A DNA stretch of 64,000 nucleotides from positions 128,001-192,000 of the forward strand of contig JBEKYR010000004.1 in NCBI GenBank assembly GCA_049510745.1, in the 5' to 3' direction. Made by a program: the position numbers and the translations under genes. This document shows positions 1 to 10,197 of this stretch, one piece after another; position 1 is the first letter of the stretch, and each line of letters begins with the position of its first letter. The notes under the pieces are model-generated. The model saw only the letters and a program-made list of their open reading frames with translations. It was not told the origin of the DNA and did no database searches. The stretch comes from Verrucomicrobiota bacterium (lineage in GTDB: Bacteria > Verrucomicrobiota > Verrucomicrobiia > Limisphaerales > Palsa-1400).

Positions 1-759
1 GTGACGTATCATGTCCTGCGGCAATTGGGAATGAGTCCGGGCCGGCTTAAAGCGTTTACCTTGAGTTTGGGCGAGGGGCCGGATTTGCAGCAGGCGCGCG
101 ACTTTCTGGAACGGCTGGGCCTGGGCTTGTTTCTTGAACCGATCGAAGGCGATCTGGCGTCACTGGACATCACCGAGACGCTTCGCGTGATTGAAGATTA
201 CAAACCGCTGGATGTGGAGTGCGCTTCGATGGGCCTTGCGCTGTGCGGCGGCGTCCGCGCGCGTTATCCGCAGTGGAAGCATCTCGTTGATGGCGACGGC
301 GGAGACGAGAACTTGAAAGACTATCCCATCGAGGAAAATCCGGAGCTGACCATCCGCAGTGTAGTGAACAATTTGATGCTTTATCAGGAAGGCTGGGGTG
401 TGGGCCGCATCAAACATTCACTCACTTACAGCGGCGGGTTGAGCCGGAGCTACTCCCGGACCTATGCCCCGGCCCGCCATTATGGCTTCGAAGGCTTCAG
501 CCCGTTCACTCGTCCGAACGTCGTTGAAGTGGCGGAGGGCATTCCGTTTGCCGCCCTGACCGGGATGTCGGTGGAAAAGCTTTATGCGCTGAAAGGTGAA
601 ATCGTCGCGCGCGGCGTCAAGGCCGTCACCGGTCTCGATTTCCCGGTATTTCCCAAGCGCCGATTCCAGCACGGCGCCGTTGACATGGAACGCCTGCGAC
701 AACACGCTTCCGGCCGGGAATCCGAATACCGAAAGAGCTTCCTGGCGCTTTATAATTAA
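1..759 (+). CDS. Asparagine synthetase-like protein, C-terminal part (5' end outside the window)
   Basis: ORF is open from the window edge. DGDGGDE resembles the SGEGADE motif of the Asn synthase domain, and SPF...KRRFQHG matches its C-terminal pattern. Confidence 0.7.
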   Translation: MTYHVLRQLGMSPGRLKAFTLSLGEGPDLQQARDFLERLGLGLFLEPIEGDLASLDITETLRVIEDYKPLDVECASMGLALCGGVRARYPQWKHLVDGDGGDENLKDYPIEENPELTIRSVVNNLMLYQEGWGVGRIKHSLTYSGGLSRSYSRTYAPARHYGFEGFSPFTRPNVVEVAEGIPFAALTGMSVEKLYALKGEIVARGVKAVTGLDFPVFPKRRFQHGAVDMERLRQHASGRESEYRKSFLALYN

Positions 760-807
760 GGCGGAAACATCCGGTTGAACGACGGATGATTTGGAAACGC
801 CGCCTGG

Positions 808-1767
808 TCATTTGCCGCCGCACTCCGGACACTGGACCGCGAGCTCAGTTTGTTGTGACAGATTGACGGCGTGAATTCGTTGGCGCCGTTTTTCCAGGCA
901 CGCCGGGCATTTTGAAAACCGGCGCAGGTCCCAAGTGTCGGCGAAGACCCGTCCGCTTCCTGCAATATTGAGAGCCAGCTCTTGAGCTTTTTCCAGGGTG
1001 GAAAGACGCGGCGGCGCGTACTCACCCGTCTCCATTAAGCGCTCCAGCGCGCCGTTTCCGGCCCGGGTCGGAATCAGCGAAACCACGTTCGCACCGCAGT
1101 GGAACGCGAACTCGGCGGATTTGACTGCCCAATCCAGCCCTTCTGTTTCGTCCATAAACGGCGGTTTCACGAGGACGAAGGCGCGGACGAAGATTGCGTT
1201 CTCGCGCAGGAATTCCGCCGCGCGAACAAAATGGTCCGGGGAAAATCTCTTGTTCAACCGGGGCAGCACTTGCGGATGCACCGTTTCCAACCCCAGCGCA
1301 ACTTCGAGCGAGCCGGGCAGCAAGTCGCGAAATCTCAGGGCCTTTTCCCCCACCAGTCGCGGGTGTGACTCAATCACGACGTGCTCCGCCGATGACACTG
1401 CCAGCGCAATCGCGGAATAATCCCCGGGCGGTATGGCGGCGGCGTCGAAAAAACTGCCGCTGTTGTACAGTTTGATCTGCTTCGGGCTGCCCTCCAGCCG
1501 CGACAGCGCGTAACGGATCTGTCCGGGAATCGCGCCGAGGGGAACGGTTTGGGTCGTTGTGTTCTTCCACAAATCGCACATCAAACAACGCCACGGGCAT
1601 TCCTTGTTCGTCAGCCAAATGACGCCCGAACTCACGATGCGCCCCGCGCGTGTCCGCTCCTGCTCGAGGAAAAAGCCGTGCGGCCTGAACGGATCGACGC
1701 GGTTGCGCTGCGGGCGAAGCGCGGTAATCCATGCAGTCTGCTCGCGGTCTGAAAAAACTGGATGCAT
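808..1767 (-). CDS. Radical SAM protein, TIGR01210/RaSEA (archaeosine synthase beta)-like
   Basis: CxxxCxxC (CPWRCLMC), KLYNSGSFFD, ESHP, LGLET and FVLVKPPF motifs, plus extra C-terminal CPAC...CPEC. ATG 1767 chosen over TTG 1773. Confidence 0.8.
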   Translation of the reverse strand: MHPVFSDREQTAWITALRPQRNRVDPFRPHGFFLEQERTRAGRIVSSGVIWLTNKECPWRCLMCDLWKNTTTQTVPLGAIPGQIRYALSRLEGSPKQIKLYNSGSFFDAAAIPPGDYSAIALAVSSAEHVVIESHPRLVGEKALRFRDLLPGSLEVALGLETVHPQVLPRLNKRFSPDHFVRAAEFLRENAIFVRAFVLVKPPFMDETEGLDWAVKSAEFAFHCGANVVSLIPTRAGNGALERLMETGEYAPPRLSTLEKAQELALNIAGSGRVFADTWDLRRFSKCPACLEKRRQRIHAVNLSQQTELAVQCPECGGK

Positions 1768-1950
1768 TGCCAAAGGACGGTGATTCTATCCGGCTCGGAA
1801 CCGTTTGAAAATGAGATTCGCCCGTGCCAGGGTTTTAGGGAAGCATCAGCCCCGATATCAGCGGTTGAAATGTTCAAAATGCAAACCCGGAGGATTTGTT
1901 TTGCATATTTGAACAGATGGCTTTTATCATAACGCCAGCCGGCCAGGAAC

Positions 1951-3039
1951 ATGAGAATCAACGAGACCCTGGGAAAACGCGGAATCCGATGGCTGTTGGG
2001 ATTCGTCTTTTGGACGTTCATCGGCCTGTCGTTTGCCTTTCAGTTTTATATTTCCAGCGCGAAGGCCGGTCTGGATGTGAGCTGGAGGCAGGCGGTCAGC
2101 TACGCGCTGGGCGATTGGTATGTTTTTGCCCTGTTGTCCATTCCGGTCACCTCGCTCGCGCGGCGGTTTCGTTTTGAATCCGGAACCCGGGTCAAAAGCG
2201 CCGCCGTGCATGTATCCGGCAGCATCGCGTTCTCGCTGGCGTACATGGTTTTGCGCGCCTGGGTTGGGAGATGGCAAAGCGGCGGCAGTTTCTCCGAGGC
2301 CTTCCGGCCGTTGCTGGTGAAGACCTGGCATTTCAACCTGTTGATCTACTGGGTCATTGTTGCAGTGAGTTTCGCTTTTGACTATTACCGCAAATACCGC
2401 GAACGCGAGTTAAGCGCGGCGGAACTGCAGAAACAACTCGCCCACGCGAAACTGCAGGCGCTGCAAATGCAACTGAACCCGCATTTCCTCTTCAACAGCC
2501 TCCACTCGATCTCCGCGCTGATGCACGAGGATGTCGAGCGGGCCGACAGCATGATTGCAAGGTTGAGCGACCTGTTGCGCGCCGCGCTCGACAGCTCTGA
2601 CACACTGGAAGTCCCCTTGCGCCAGGAGTTCGATCTGCTTGAACGATACCTCGCCATCGAACAGATTCGTTTCGGTGACCGGCTGGATGTGAAGATCGAT
2701 GCGCCCCCGGAAATCCTGGACGCGCAGGTGCCGAATCTGATCCTGCAACCGCTGGTCGAAAATGCGATCCGCCACGGCATCGAGCCGCGGGCAAAGCGGG
2801 GACGCGTTGAACTGCGCGCTCAACGGGCGGACGGCACCCTGACCTTGGAAGTGTCTGATAACGGGCCGGGATTGCCGTCCCGCGAACCGATCAACGAAGG
2901 CGTCGGCTTGTCCAACACGCGAACGCGATTGCGGACCCTTTACGGCGAGGCCCACAGTTTCGAGCTTCGCCAGTCGCCCGAAGGCGGACTGCTCGTCCGC
3001 CTGACCATTCCTTTTCGAACCGCGAACAAACCCTTATGA
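1951..3039 (+). CDS. LytS/YehU-family sensor histidine kinase
   Basis: N-terminal TM helices, QLNPHFLFNSL H-box, LQPLVENAIRHG N-box, DNGPG, GVGLSN. Confidence 0.95.
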   Translation: MRINETLGKRGIRWLLGFVFWTFIGLSFAFQFYISSAKAGLDVSWRQAVSYALGDWYVFALLSIPVTSLARRFRFESGTRVKSAAVHVSGSIAFSLAYMVLRAWVGRWQSGGSFSEAFRPLLVKTWHFNLLIYWVIVAVSFAFDYYRKYRERELSAAELQKQLAHAKLQALQMQLNPHFLFNSLHSISALMHEDVERADSMIARLSDLLRAALDSSDTLEVPLRQEFDLLERYLAIEQIRFGDRLDVKIDAPPEILDAQVPNLILQPLVENAIRHGIEPRAKRGRVELRAQRADGTLTLEVSDNGPGLPSREPINEGVGLSNTRTRLRTLYGEAHSFELRQSPEGGLLVRLTIPFRTANKPL

Positions 3040-3794
3040 AGATCCGCACCCTCATCGTAGATGACGAATCGCTGGCGCGCAACCGGCTCCGCCAATTGCT
3101 CGAGAACCAACCGGACGTTGAGCTCGTTGGTGAATGCGCGGACGGCCGTGAGGCGGTGGCGACGATCCAGAAACTGAAACCAGACCTCATTTTTCTCGAC
3201 ATCCAAATGCCGGAACTGGACGGGTTCGGCGTGGTGCAAGAGATCGCCGCGGACTGCGCACCGGTCGTGGTGTTCGTGACGGCCCATGACAAATTCGCGT
3301 TGCGCGCTTTTGAGATCCATGCGGTGGATTACCTGTTGAAGCCATTCGATCGCGAGCGGTTTCAGAAAGCATTGCACCGCGCGGTCGAGCACGTAAAGCA
3401 TCACGGCGACGGCGAACTGATCGAGCGGCAGGCCGCTTTGATCGCCGAGCTGAAGTCCCCGAAGATCACCGACCGTCTGGCTGTGAAATCGGGCGGGCAC
3501 ATTGCCTGGTTGAAGCTTGAGGACGTGGACTGGATCAGCGCCGCCGACAATTATGCCGAGTTGCACGTTGGCCCGAAATCGCATTTGCTGCGCGAGACGC
3601 TGGCCAGCTTGGAAACAAGACTGGCGCCCGACAAGTTTGTCCGCATCAGCCGCTCCGTCATCGTCAATCTCGGGCGCATCAAAGAACTGAAGCGGTTGTT
3701 TTACGGTGGTTACGAACTGATGCTTCAGGACGGCACCAAGCTGACCTTGAGCCGGCGTTATCGGGATAAGTTGCGGCAACTGGGCATTGATTAA
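3036..3794 (+). CDS. LytTR-family response regulator
   Basis: Receiver motifs IVDDE, FLDIQMP, VTAHD, DYLLKP; C-terminal LytTR domain (FVRISRSVIVN...SRRY). ATGA overlap with the kinase gene. Confidence 0.95.
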   Translation: MKIRTLIVDDESLARNRLRQLLENQPDVELVGECADGREAVATIQKLKPDLIFLDIQMPELDGFGVVQEIAADCAPVVVFVTAHDKFALRAFEIHAVDYLLKPFDRERFQKALHRAVEHVKHHGDGELIERQAALIAELKSPKITDRLAVKSGGHIAWLKLEDVDWISAADNYAELHVGPKSHLLRETLASLETRLAPDKFVRISRSVIVNLGRIKELKRLFYGGYELMLQDGTKLTLSRRYRDKLRQLGID

Positions 3795-3843
3795 GCCGTC
3801 TCTATCCCGAAGGAGCGGCGGGGAACACTGGACCTTCGGCGGA

Positions 3844-3875
3844 CCTTTTGTCCCCAAATCCGAACCGCTTATCCC
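3844..3875 (+). promoter_or_regulatory. Candidate LytTR tandem binding site
   Basis: CCTTTTGTCCC (3844) and CCGCTTATCCC (3865) lie 21 bp apart, between the LytTR gene and the porin gene. Confidence 0.5.
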
Positions 3876-4026
3876 AATGAACGTGTGTTCCTCTCCGCTG
3901 TTGTACATTTCTTGTCCATCACACGACAATTTAAAGCTATCCGATATGATGAATCATGAATTTTGCATCGGTCTGCGTCTGCGGTTTGCCGTTCAACCAA
4001 AACGATCGGGGCCGCTCACCCGCCAA

Positions 4027-5436
4027 ATGAAAAAGAAACTCACGGTCGGGGCCATGCTCACGGCTGTCACCGGAACGCTCGTTGCGCAAGACAAACCGTT
4101 CCTCCAGGGGGGAACGGGGCAAATCCCTCCGCCTCCCGAGCCATCCGGGGTTGCCGAGTCTGCCGCCGGCGGGGGGATGGCGGCGCCCACTGCCGCGGCC
4201 AATCCTGTGGAAGAGCTTTTCAACGGCCGGGTTCCCGGCGCGTTGGCGCAGGGCGAGTTCAACCTCAACGTGCGCTTGCGTTATGAACAGGTGGATCAGG
4301 ATGGCACGCCTGGCATTGCCAAAAACTCGTATGCACCCACGTTGCGGACACGATTCGGCTACACCTCGGCGCCACTGGATGGATTTCAAGGCATGTTGGA
4401 AGCGGTGAATGTCTCCGTGCTGGGTCCGGAACACAATTACAACGCCGCCGGATCCAACGGCCAGGGCGCCCGTCCGTCCGTAGGTGACCCGCCGTTGACC
4501 CGGCTGGATCAGGCATGGCTGGCGTACGCGCACAGCAATTACTTCGGGATCAAAGTGGGCCAGCAGCAGATCAACCTGGACAACCAGCGTTTCATCGGCG
4601 ATGCGGGCTGGCGGCAGAACATGCAAACCTATGACGCGGCGAAGGTGCAAGGCTCGCCGGTCAAGGATCTCGACCTGGATTACTTCTATGTCTGGGACGT
4701 TCATCGCGTCTTCGGCGATGTGTCCGGCCTGCCTGCGGCTAACGGGGACTTTGACTCGCATTCGCACCTCATCAACGTCTCGTATTCGGGATGGGAATAT
4801 GGCCGGTTCGTCGGCTACGCCTATTTGCTGGACCTGCACAACGCCGCCGGAGACGCGAACTCCTGCGCCACTTACGGCGGCTACTTTGCCGGCGCCGCGC
4901 CCGTCAGTCAGAAAGTGACGATTGATTACCGCGCTGAGTTCGCCTGGCAGGATCAATACGCCGACAATCCGCAGAGATACAGTGCGGAATATTGCAACTT
5001 TGAACTCGGCGCCAACATCAAACCGGTGGCCTTGGGCGCAGGCTATGAGCTGCTGGGCAGCGGCGCCAACTCCGGCGCGGGCGGCGGACGAGTCGGCTTC
5101 AAAACTCCGCTGGCGAGCCCGCATCCATTCAACGGCTGGGCGGAGGTCTTCGTCACCCACCCGAACAACGGTTTGCAGGACATTTATGAATACGCACAAG
5201 TAACTTTGCCGGGGCAGATCCCGGTTCGTTTCCTCTATCACAAGTATGATGCCGACTGCGGCGGTGGCGACTACGGCCAGGAATTTGACGTGATGGCGTC
5301 CAAAAAATTCGGCAAATACTGGTCGGCCCTGGTTGAATGCGCCGATTATCTTGGTAAAAACGCAGCCGCGCCGGCGCTCCCCGCGGCGGGAGCGAACATT
5401 CAAAGATTCTGGGCCTCGGTGGAATTCAACTTTTAA
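4027..5436 (+). CDS. Alginate-export (AlgE)-family outer-membrane beta-barrel
   Basis: Signal peptide MKKKLTVGAMLTAV..., RLRYE, GQQQINLDNQRFIGDAGWRQNMQTYD, PLASPHPFNGWA, terminal Phe (VEFNF). Start moved from 3787 to ATG 4027. Confidence 0.85.
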   Translation: MKKKLTVGAMLTAVTGTLVAQDKPFLQGGTGQIPPPPEPSGVAESAAGGGMAAPTAAANPVEELFNGRVPGALAQGEFNLNVRLRYEQVDQDGTPGIAKNSYAPTLRTRFGYTSAPLDGFQGMLEAVNVSVLGPEHNYNAAGSNGQGARPSVGDPPLTRLDQAWLAYAHSNYFGIKVGQQQINLDNQRFIGDAGWRQNMQTYDAAKVQGSPVKDLDLDYFYVWDVHRVFGDVSGLPAANGDFDSHSHLINVSYSGWEYGRFVGYAYLLDLHNAAGDANSCATYGGYFAGAAPVSQKVTIDYRAEFAWQDQYADNPQRYSAEYCNFELGANIKPVALGAGYELLGSGANSGAGGGRVGFKTPLASPHPFNGWAEVFVTHPNNGLQDIYEYAQVTLPGQIPVRFLYHKYDADCGGGDYGQEFDVMASKKFGKYWSALVECADYLGKNAAAPALPAAGANIQRFWASVEFNF

Positions 5437-5453
5437 CGTGACATCATGAATCC

Positions 5454-8324
5454 ATGGGAGATGCTGAAATAGGACCCGCCAACGGACCGGCCAGGAAGAA
5501 ATATGTGCGCGCCATTGGCCCGCGCCTGCGCGTGCTGTTGTATTTCATTTTCGGCCTCATTGCCATCCTGGCCGCCAATTCCGTCTATCTCAGCGCCGTC
5601 ACCTTTCTCGAATGGCTCAAGAGCGACCCCGACACCAGCTACCAAAACTGGTTCTACATGGTGATGTTTGGAACGCACCTTGGCCTCGGTCTGTTGATCG
5701 TCCTGCCCATTGTCGTCTTCGGCGCCTTGCACATCAAAAATGCGCATGACCGCCCGAATCGCCGCGCCGCCAAGGTCGGCTACCTGCTTTTCTTCACGAC
5801 GCTGGTGGTCCTGGTCACCGGCCTGCTGTTGACGCGCGTTGACCTCTTCCATTTCAAGAACGTGGGGCTGAAGGACCCGCGCCTGCGTTCCATCGCCTAC
5901 TGGGCGCACGTGATCACACCTCTTGCGGCGGTCTGGCTTTACATCCTGCATCGGCTGGCTGGACCGCGGATCAAATGGAAACTCGGCTTGCGCTGGGGTG
6001 GCGCCGTCGGGGCGCTCACGGTTGGCATGGTGTTGTTGCACACGGCGCATCCGAGGAAAAACCAAATCGGCTCAACCGAAGGCAAAAAATATTTTGAACC
6101 GTCGCTGGCCCGGACGGCATCGGGGAATTTCATTCCGGCACGGACCTTGATGATGGACAGCTACTGCTTGAATTGCCATCAGGACGCGTACAAGGGGTGG
6201 TTTCACAGCGCGCACCATTTCAGCTCGTTCAACAACGCGCCGTATCTCTTCAGCGTGCGCGAGACCCGGCAGGTTTCACTCAAGCGCGACGGCAATGTGA
6301 AGGCAGCCCGCTGGTGCGCCGGGTGCCACGACGTGGTGCCATTCTTCAGCGGCGCCTTTGACGACCCCAATTTCGACGATGTGCATCATCCCACGGCTCA
6401 GGCGGGAATCACTTGCACCGCTTGCCACGCGATCACCCACGTCAACAGCACAAAAGGCAACGCGGATTACACCATTGACGAGCCGATTCACTATCCGTTC
6501 GCCTACAGCACCAATCGTGTGCTGCAATACGTCAACCAGCAATTGGTGAAAGCCAAGCCCGAGTTCCACAAGAAGACGTTCCTCAAGCCGTTCATGCGCA
6601 GCGCCGAGTTCTGTTCCACCTGCCACAAGGTCAGCATCCCCGGCGATCTGAATCACTACAAGGATTTCCTGCGCGGCCAGAATCATTACGACACCTATCT
6701 GTTGAGCGGTGTCTCGGGGCACGGCGCGCGCAGCTTTTACTATCCCGATCAGGCGAAACAGAACTGCGCCGCCTGCCACATGCCGTTGAAAGAATCCGAA
6801 GACTTCGGCGCGAATTTTTTCAATCCGACGAACCCTTCCGCCCGCTACATTCACGATCATCTTTTCCCGGGAGCCAACACGGGCATTCCATTCATTCGCA
6901 GCGACACCAACACCCTCAAAGCCGAGGAGGAATTCCTGAAAGGTTCGTTGCGCGTCGATATCTTCGGCCTCAAGGAAGGCGGTTCGATTGATGATCCGTT
7001 GACAGCGCCCTTGCGGCCCAAGGTGCCGATGCTCAAACGGGGACAGCGCTATTTGCTCGAAGTGGTGCTGCGCACGATGAAGGTCGGCCATCCGTTCACC
7101 CAGGGCACGGTGGATTCAAACGAGGTATGGGCGGATGGCAAAATAAAAAGCGGCGGAAAAATCGTCGGGCGCAGCGGCGGGCTTGGACCTCACAGGGAAG
7201 TGGATCCGTGGTCTCATTTCGTGAATGTCTATACGCTCGATCGCGACGGCAACCGCGTGGATCGCCGAAACCCGCAGGACATTTTCACGCCGCTCTACAA
7301 TCACCAGATTCCGCCCGGCGCGGGCCAGACTGTGCATTACGAATTCGTCGTTCCCGAAGATCAACGCGAGCCGCTGACTCTGGAGGTGAAACTGCAATAC
7401 CGCAAGTTCGACACGATCTACATGAACTACGTGTTCAACACGAACTATACCCGCGGCGCGCCGTTCACGGTGACGAATGACCTGCCCATCGTAACGATCG
7501 CCATGGACAAGATCACTTTCCCCGTCGAAGGCGTCAGCACAGTCGTAACCAATGAAGATTCCAAAATTCCGGGGTGGCAGCGCTGGAATGATTACGGCAT
7601 CGGTCTGTTTTCCGAGGGGAACGTCGGCGCCGAAAAAGGCGAATTAATCCAGGCCGAAGCGGCTTTCGAGCAGGTGGAGAAGCTCGGCCGAGCCGACGGT
7701 CCGGTGAATTTGGCGCGGGTTTACTTCAAGGAAGGCCGCCTGGACGACGCTGTCGCCGCGCTGCGACGCGCCGCGAGCTTTGATCCACCGGCTCCACGAT
7801 GGACCGTGGCGTGGTTCAACGGCTTGGTGGACAAACAAAACGGTTTTCTCGACAAAGCCATTACCGAATTCCGCAGCATTCTGGAAGATCGTTACGACGA
7901 ACTCGAACAACGGCGCTTCGATTTCAGCAAGGATTACGAAGTTCTCAACGAACTCGGCCAGGCTTGCTACGAACGGGCAAAAATGGAGCGCGGCAATCCG
8001 GAACGACAAAAGGAGTTTTTGAATCTCGCTGTCGAATCCTTCAAAAAAACCCTGGCGATTGATTCGGAAAACCTGACGGCTCACTATACGCTGGCGCTGA
8101 TTTATGCGCAGCTCGGCGACGAGGAGAAGGCCTCCTACCATAGGCAAGAGCATAGGAAGTATCTTCCGGACTACAACGCGCAAGACCGGGCGGTCAGCCT
8201 CGCCCGGCGCGCGGACCCCGCCGCTGATCACGCCGCCCAGGCAACAGTGATCTATCCGCTGCAACGGCCCGGCGCACCGGAACTGGATGAGTCCTATCGC
8301 GCGTTGCCGGCGGCTCTGAAATGA
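5454..8324 (+). CDS. Membrane-anchored pentaheme c-type cytochrome (c554/c552-like) with C-terminal TPR domain
   Basis: About 5 N-terminal TM helices with paired His; five CxxCH motifs (CLNCH, CAGCH, CTACH, CSTCH, CAACH); TPR-like C-terminus from RWNDYGIGL. Confidence 0.85.
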   Translation: MGDAEIGPANGPARKKYVRAIGPRLRVLLYFIFGLIAILAANSVYLSAVTFLEWLKSDPDTSYQNWFYMVMFGTHLGLGLLIVLPIVVFGALHIKNAHDRPNRRAAKVGYLLFFTTLVVLVTGLLLTRVDLFHFKNVGLKDPRLRSIAYWAHVITPLAAVWLYILHRLAGPRIKWKLGLRWGGAVGALTVGMVLLHTAHPRKNQIGSTEGKKYFEPSLARTASGNFIPARTLMMDSYCLNCHQDAYKGWFHSAHHFSSFNNAPYLFSVRETRQVSLKRDGNVKAARWCAGCHDVVPFFSGAFDDPNFDDVHHPTAQAGITCTACHAITHVNSTKGNADYTIDEPIHYPFAYSTNRVLQYVNQQLVKAKPEFHKKTFLKPFMRSAEFCSTCHKVSIPGDLNHYKDFLRGQNHYDTYLLSGVSGHGARSFYYPDQAKQNCAACHMPLKESEDFGANFFNPTNPSARYIHDHLFPGANTGIPFIRSDTNTLKAEEEFLKGSLRVDIFGLKEGGSIDDPLTAPLRPKVPMLKRGQRYLLEVVLRTMKVGHPFTQGTVDSNEVWADGKIKSGGKIVGRSGGLGPHREVDPWSHFVNVYTLDRDGNRVDRRNPQDIFTPLYNHQIPPGAGQTVHYEFVVPEDQREPLTLEVKLQYRKFDTIYMNYVFNTNYTRGAPFTVTNDLPIVTIAMDKITFPVEGVSTVVTNEDSKIPGWQRWNDYGIGLFSEGNVGAEKGELIQAEAAFEQVEKLGRADGPVNLARVYFKEGRLDDAVAALRRAASFDPPAPRWTVAWFNGLVDKQNGFLDKAITEFRSILEDRYDELEQRRFDFSKDYEVLNELGQACYERAKMERGNPERQKEFLNLAVESFKKTLAIDSENLTAHYTLALIYAQLGDEEKASYHRQEHRKYLPDYNAQDRAVSLARRADPAADHAAQATVIYPLQRPGAPELDESYRALPAALK

Positions 8325-8331
8325 TTGAGTT

Positions 8332-10197
8332 GTGAACAATAAGCCATCGCCTCCAACTTCACCCGAAACCGAAGAAGAACTGGTTCACGCCGATGACAGA
8401 ATCATTGGCAAAGCGGTTCGCTGGTCTCTGTGCGGGCTTGTTCTCGTTGCCGTTGTGGTGGGAGCAACCATCCTGGCACTCAAACGAAAACCGGCGCCGC
8501 GCCCGCCGCAGATCACCCGGTTGAGCGCTCCCGTCGCTCCCGAAACGCCGCAGGCCGGGATTCCGGTCGCGAAGTTCACGGATATCACCAAAGAAGCCGG
8601 CATCACGTTCGTTCACGTCAACGGCGCTTATGGCGAAAAACTGTTGCCGGAAACCATGGGCGGCGGTGTGGCCTTCTTTGATTTCGATGGCGACGGCAAC
8701 CAGGATCTGTTGTTTATCAACTCGTGTTACTGGCCGTGGCACACGCCCGAAGGCAAGCCCGCGCCCACTATGGCGCTCTATCACAACGACGGGCATGGTC
8801 ACTTTACGGATGTGACAAAGGGTTCAGGGCTGGACGTGAGTTTTTACGGGATGGGGGTTGCTATCGGAGATTACGACAATGACGGGCTGGACGACGTGTT
8901 CATCACGGCCGTTGGCGGCAACCATTTGTTCCATAACGAGGGCCACGGTAAATTCAAGGAGGTCACCGCGGAGACGGGTGTGGGCGGTTCAACCAACGAC
9001 TGGAGCACGTGCGCCGCGTTCTTTGATTATGACAATGACGGCAAGCTTGATCTTTTTGTCGGCAATTATGTCAAATGGTCGCGCGAGATTGATGCCGAGG
9101 TCGGCTACAAAATTGACGGCCGCACGCGCGCTTACGGTCAGCCGATGAATTTCCAGGGCGCTTTTCCGCGATTGTATCACAACGACGGCCACGGCCGTTT
9201 CACCGAGGTTTCCGCCCAAAGCGGATTACAGGTCAAAAATCCCGCGACCGGCGTGCCCGCCGCCAAAACTCTCGGCGTCGCCCCGGTGGACGTCAACAAC
9301 GATGGATGGGTTGACCTGGTGGTGGCCAACGACACTGTGCCGAATCTTGTTTTCATCAACCAGCACGACGGGACTTTCAAAGAGATCGGCGCAGAATCCG
9401 GCGTTGCCTTTGACAGCTACGGCAACACGCGCGGCGCGATGGGCATTGACGCGGCTTATTACCGGAACGACGGCAAGCTGGGCATCGCCATCGGCAATTT
9501 CGCAAATGAGATGACGGCTCTTTACGTCGCGCAAAATTCGCCGGCCACTTTTTCCGACGAGGCCATCACCGAAGGCGTCGGTCCGGACAGCCGGCGGTTC
9601 CTTAAATTCGGCCTGTTCTTTTTCGACTACGACTTGGACGGAAGGCTCGACCTGCTCACCGCCAACGGGCATTTGGAAGAAGAGATCAGCAAAATTCAAG
9701 CGAGCCAGACCTACGCGCAACCGGCGCAATTGTTTTGGAACGCCGGCGATCAGAGCCGTGGTTGCTTCGTTGTCGTTCCACCAGAAAAGGCCGGCGCCGA
9801 TCTTTTCAAGCCGATCGTCGGGCGCGGTTCAGCCTTTGCTGATATTGACGGCGATGGCGACCTGGACGTTGTGCTCACGCAGGTGGGAGGTCCGCCGTTG
9901 CTGCTGCGCAATGACCAAGATCTTCACCACCATTGGATTCGCCTGAAACTCGTTGGCACGAAAAGCAACCGCGACGCCATCGGCGCCTGGATCACGGTGC
10001 GCGTCGATGGCCGCACCCTGCGGCGCCAAGTCATGCCGACGCGCAGTTATCTCTCCCAATCCGAATTGCCGGTCACCATTGGCCTCGGCGACGCGGTGAA
10101 ACCAGACGACGTCGAAATTCTCTGGCCTAGCGGGATCAAGCAGAAAGTCGAAGCGGTGGCGGTGGATCACCCGATGGCGGTCACCGAGCGTCCGTAG
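8332..10197 (+). CDS. CRTAC1-family FG-GAP/VCBS repeat protein with ASPIC/UnbV domain
   Basis: N-terminal TM anchor, ETMGGG, repeated DxDxDGxxD motifs, SNRDAIGA...SYLSQSE...GLG...WPSG. Confidence 0.9.
   Translation: MNNKPSPPTSPETEEELVHADDRIIGKAVRWSLCGLVLVAVVVGATILALKRKPAPRPPQITRLSAPVAPETPQAGIPVAKFTDITKEAGITFVHVNGAYGEKLLPETMGGGVAFFDFDGDGNQDLLFINSCYWPWHTPEGKPAPTMALYHNDGHGHFTDVTKGSGLDVSFYGMGVAIGDYDNDGLDDVFITAVGGNHLFHNEGHGKFKEVTAETGVGGSTNDWSTCAAFFDYDNDGKLDLFVGNYVKWSREIDAEVGYKIDGRTRAYGQPMNFQGAFPRLYHNDGHGRFTEVSAQSGLQVKNPATGVPAAKTLGVAPVDVNNDGWVDLVVANDTVPNLVFINQHDGTFKEIGAESGVAFDSYGNTRGAMGIDAAYYRNDGKLGIAIGNFANEMTALYVAQNSPATFSDEAITEGVGPDSRRFLKFGLFFFDYDLDGRLDLLTANGHLEEEISKIQASQTYAQPAQLFWNAGDQSRGCFVVVPPEKAGADLFKPIVGRGSAFADIDGDGDLDVVLTQVGGPPLLLRNDQDLHHHWIRLKLVGTKSNRDAIGAWITVRVDGRTLRRQVMPTRSYLSQSELPVTIGLGDAVKPDDVEILWPSGIKQKVEAVAVDHPMAVTERP

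Noticed and set aside
3807..3839. CCGAAGG/CCTTCGG inverted repeat after the LytTR gene as a terminator
   Set aside because: Only a 7-bp stem with a 19-nt loop and no immediate U-tract.
3787..4026. 80-aa N-terminal extension of the porin ORF
   Set aside because: The signal peptide starts at ATG 4027 and this stretch holds promoter-like repeats.
4027..5436. Alginate biosynthesis inferred from the AlgE-like porin and the MBOAT gene
   Set aside because: No polymerase or other alg genes, and the two genes are about 41 kb apart in different contexts.
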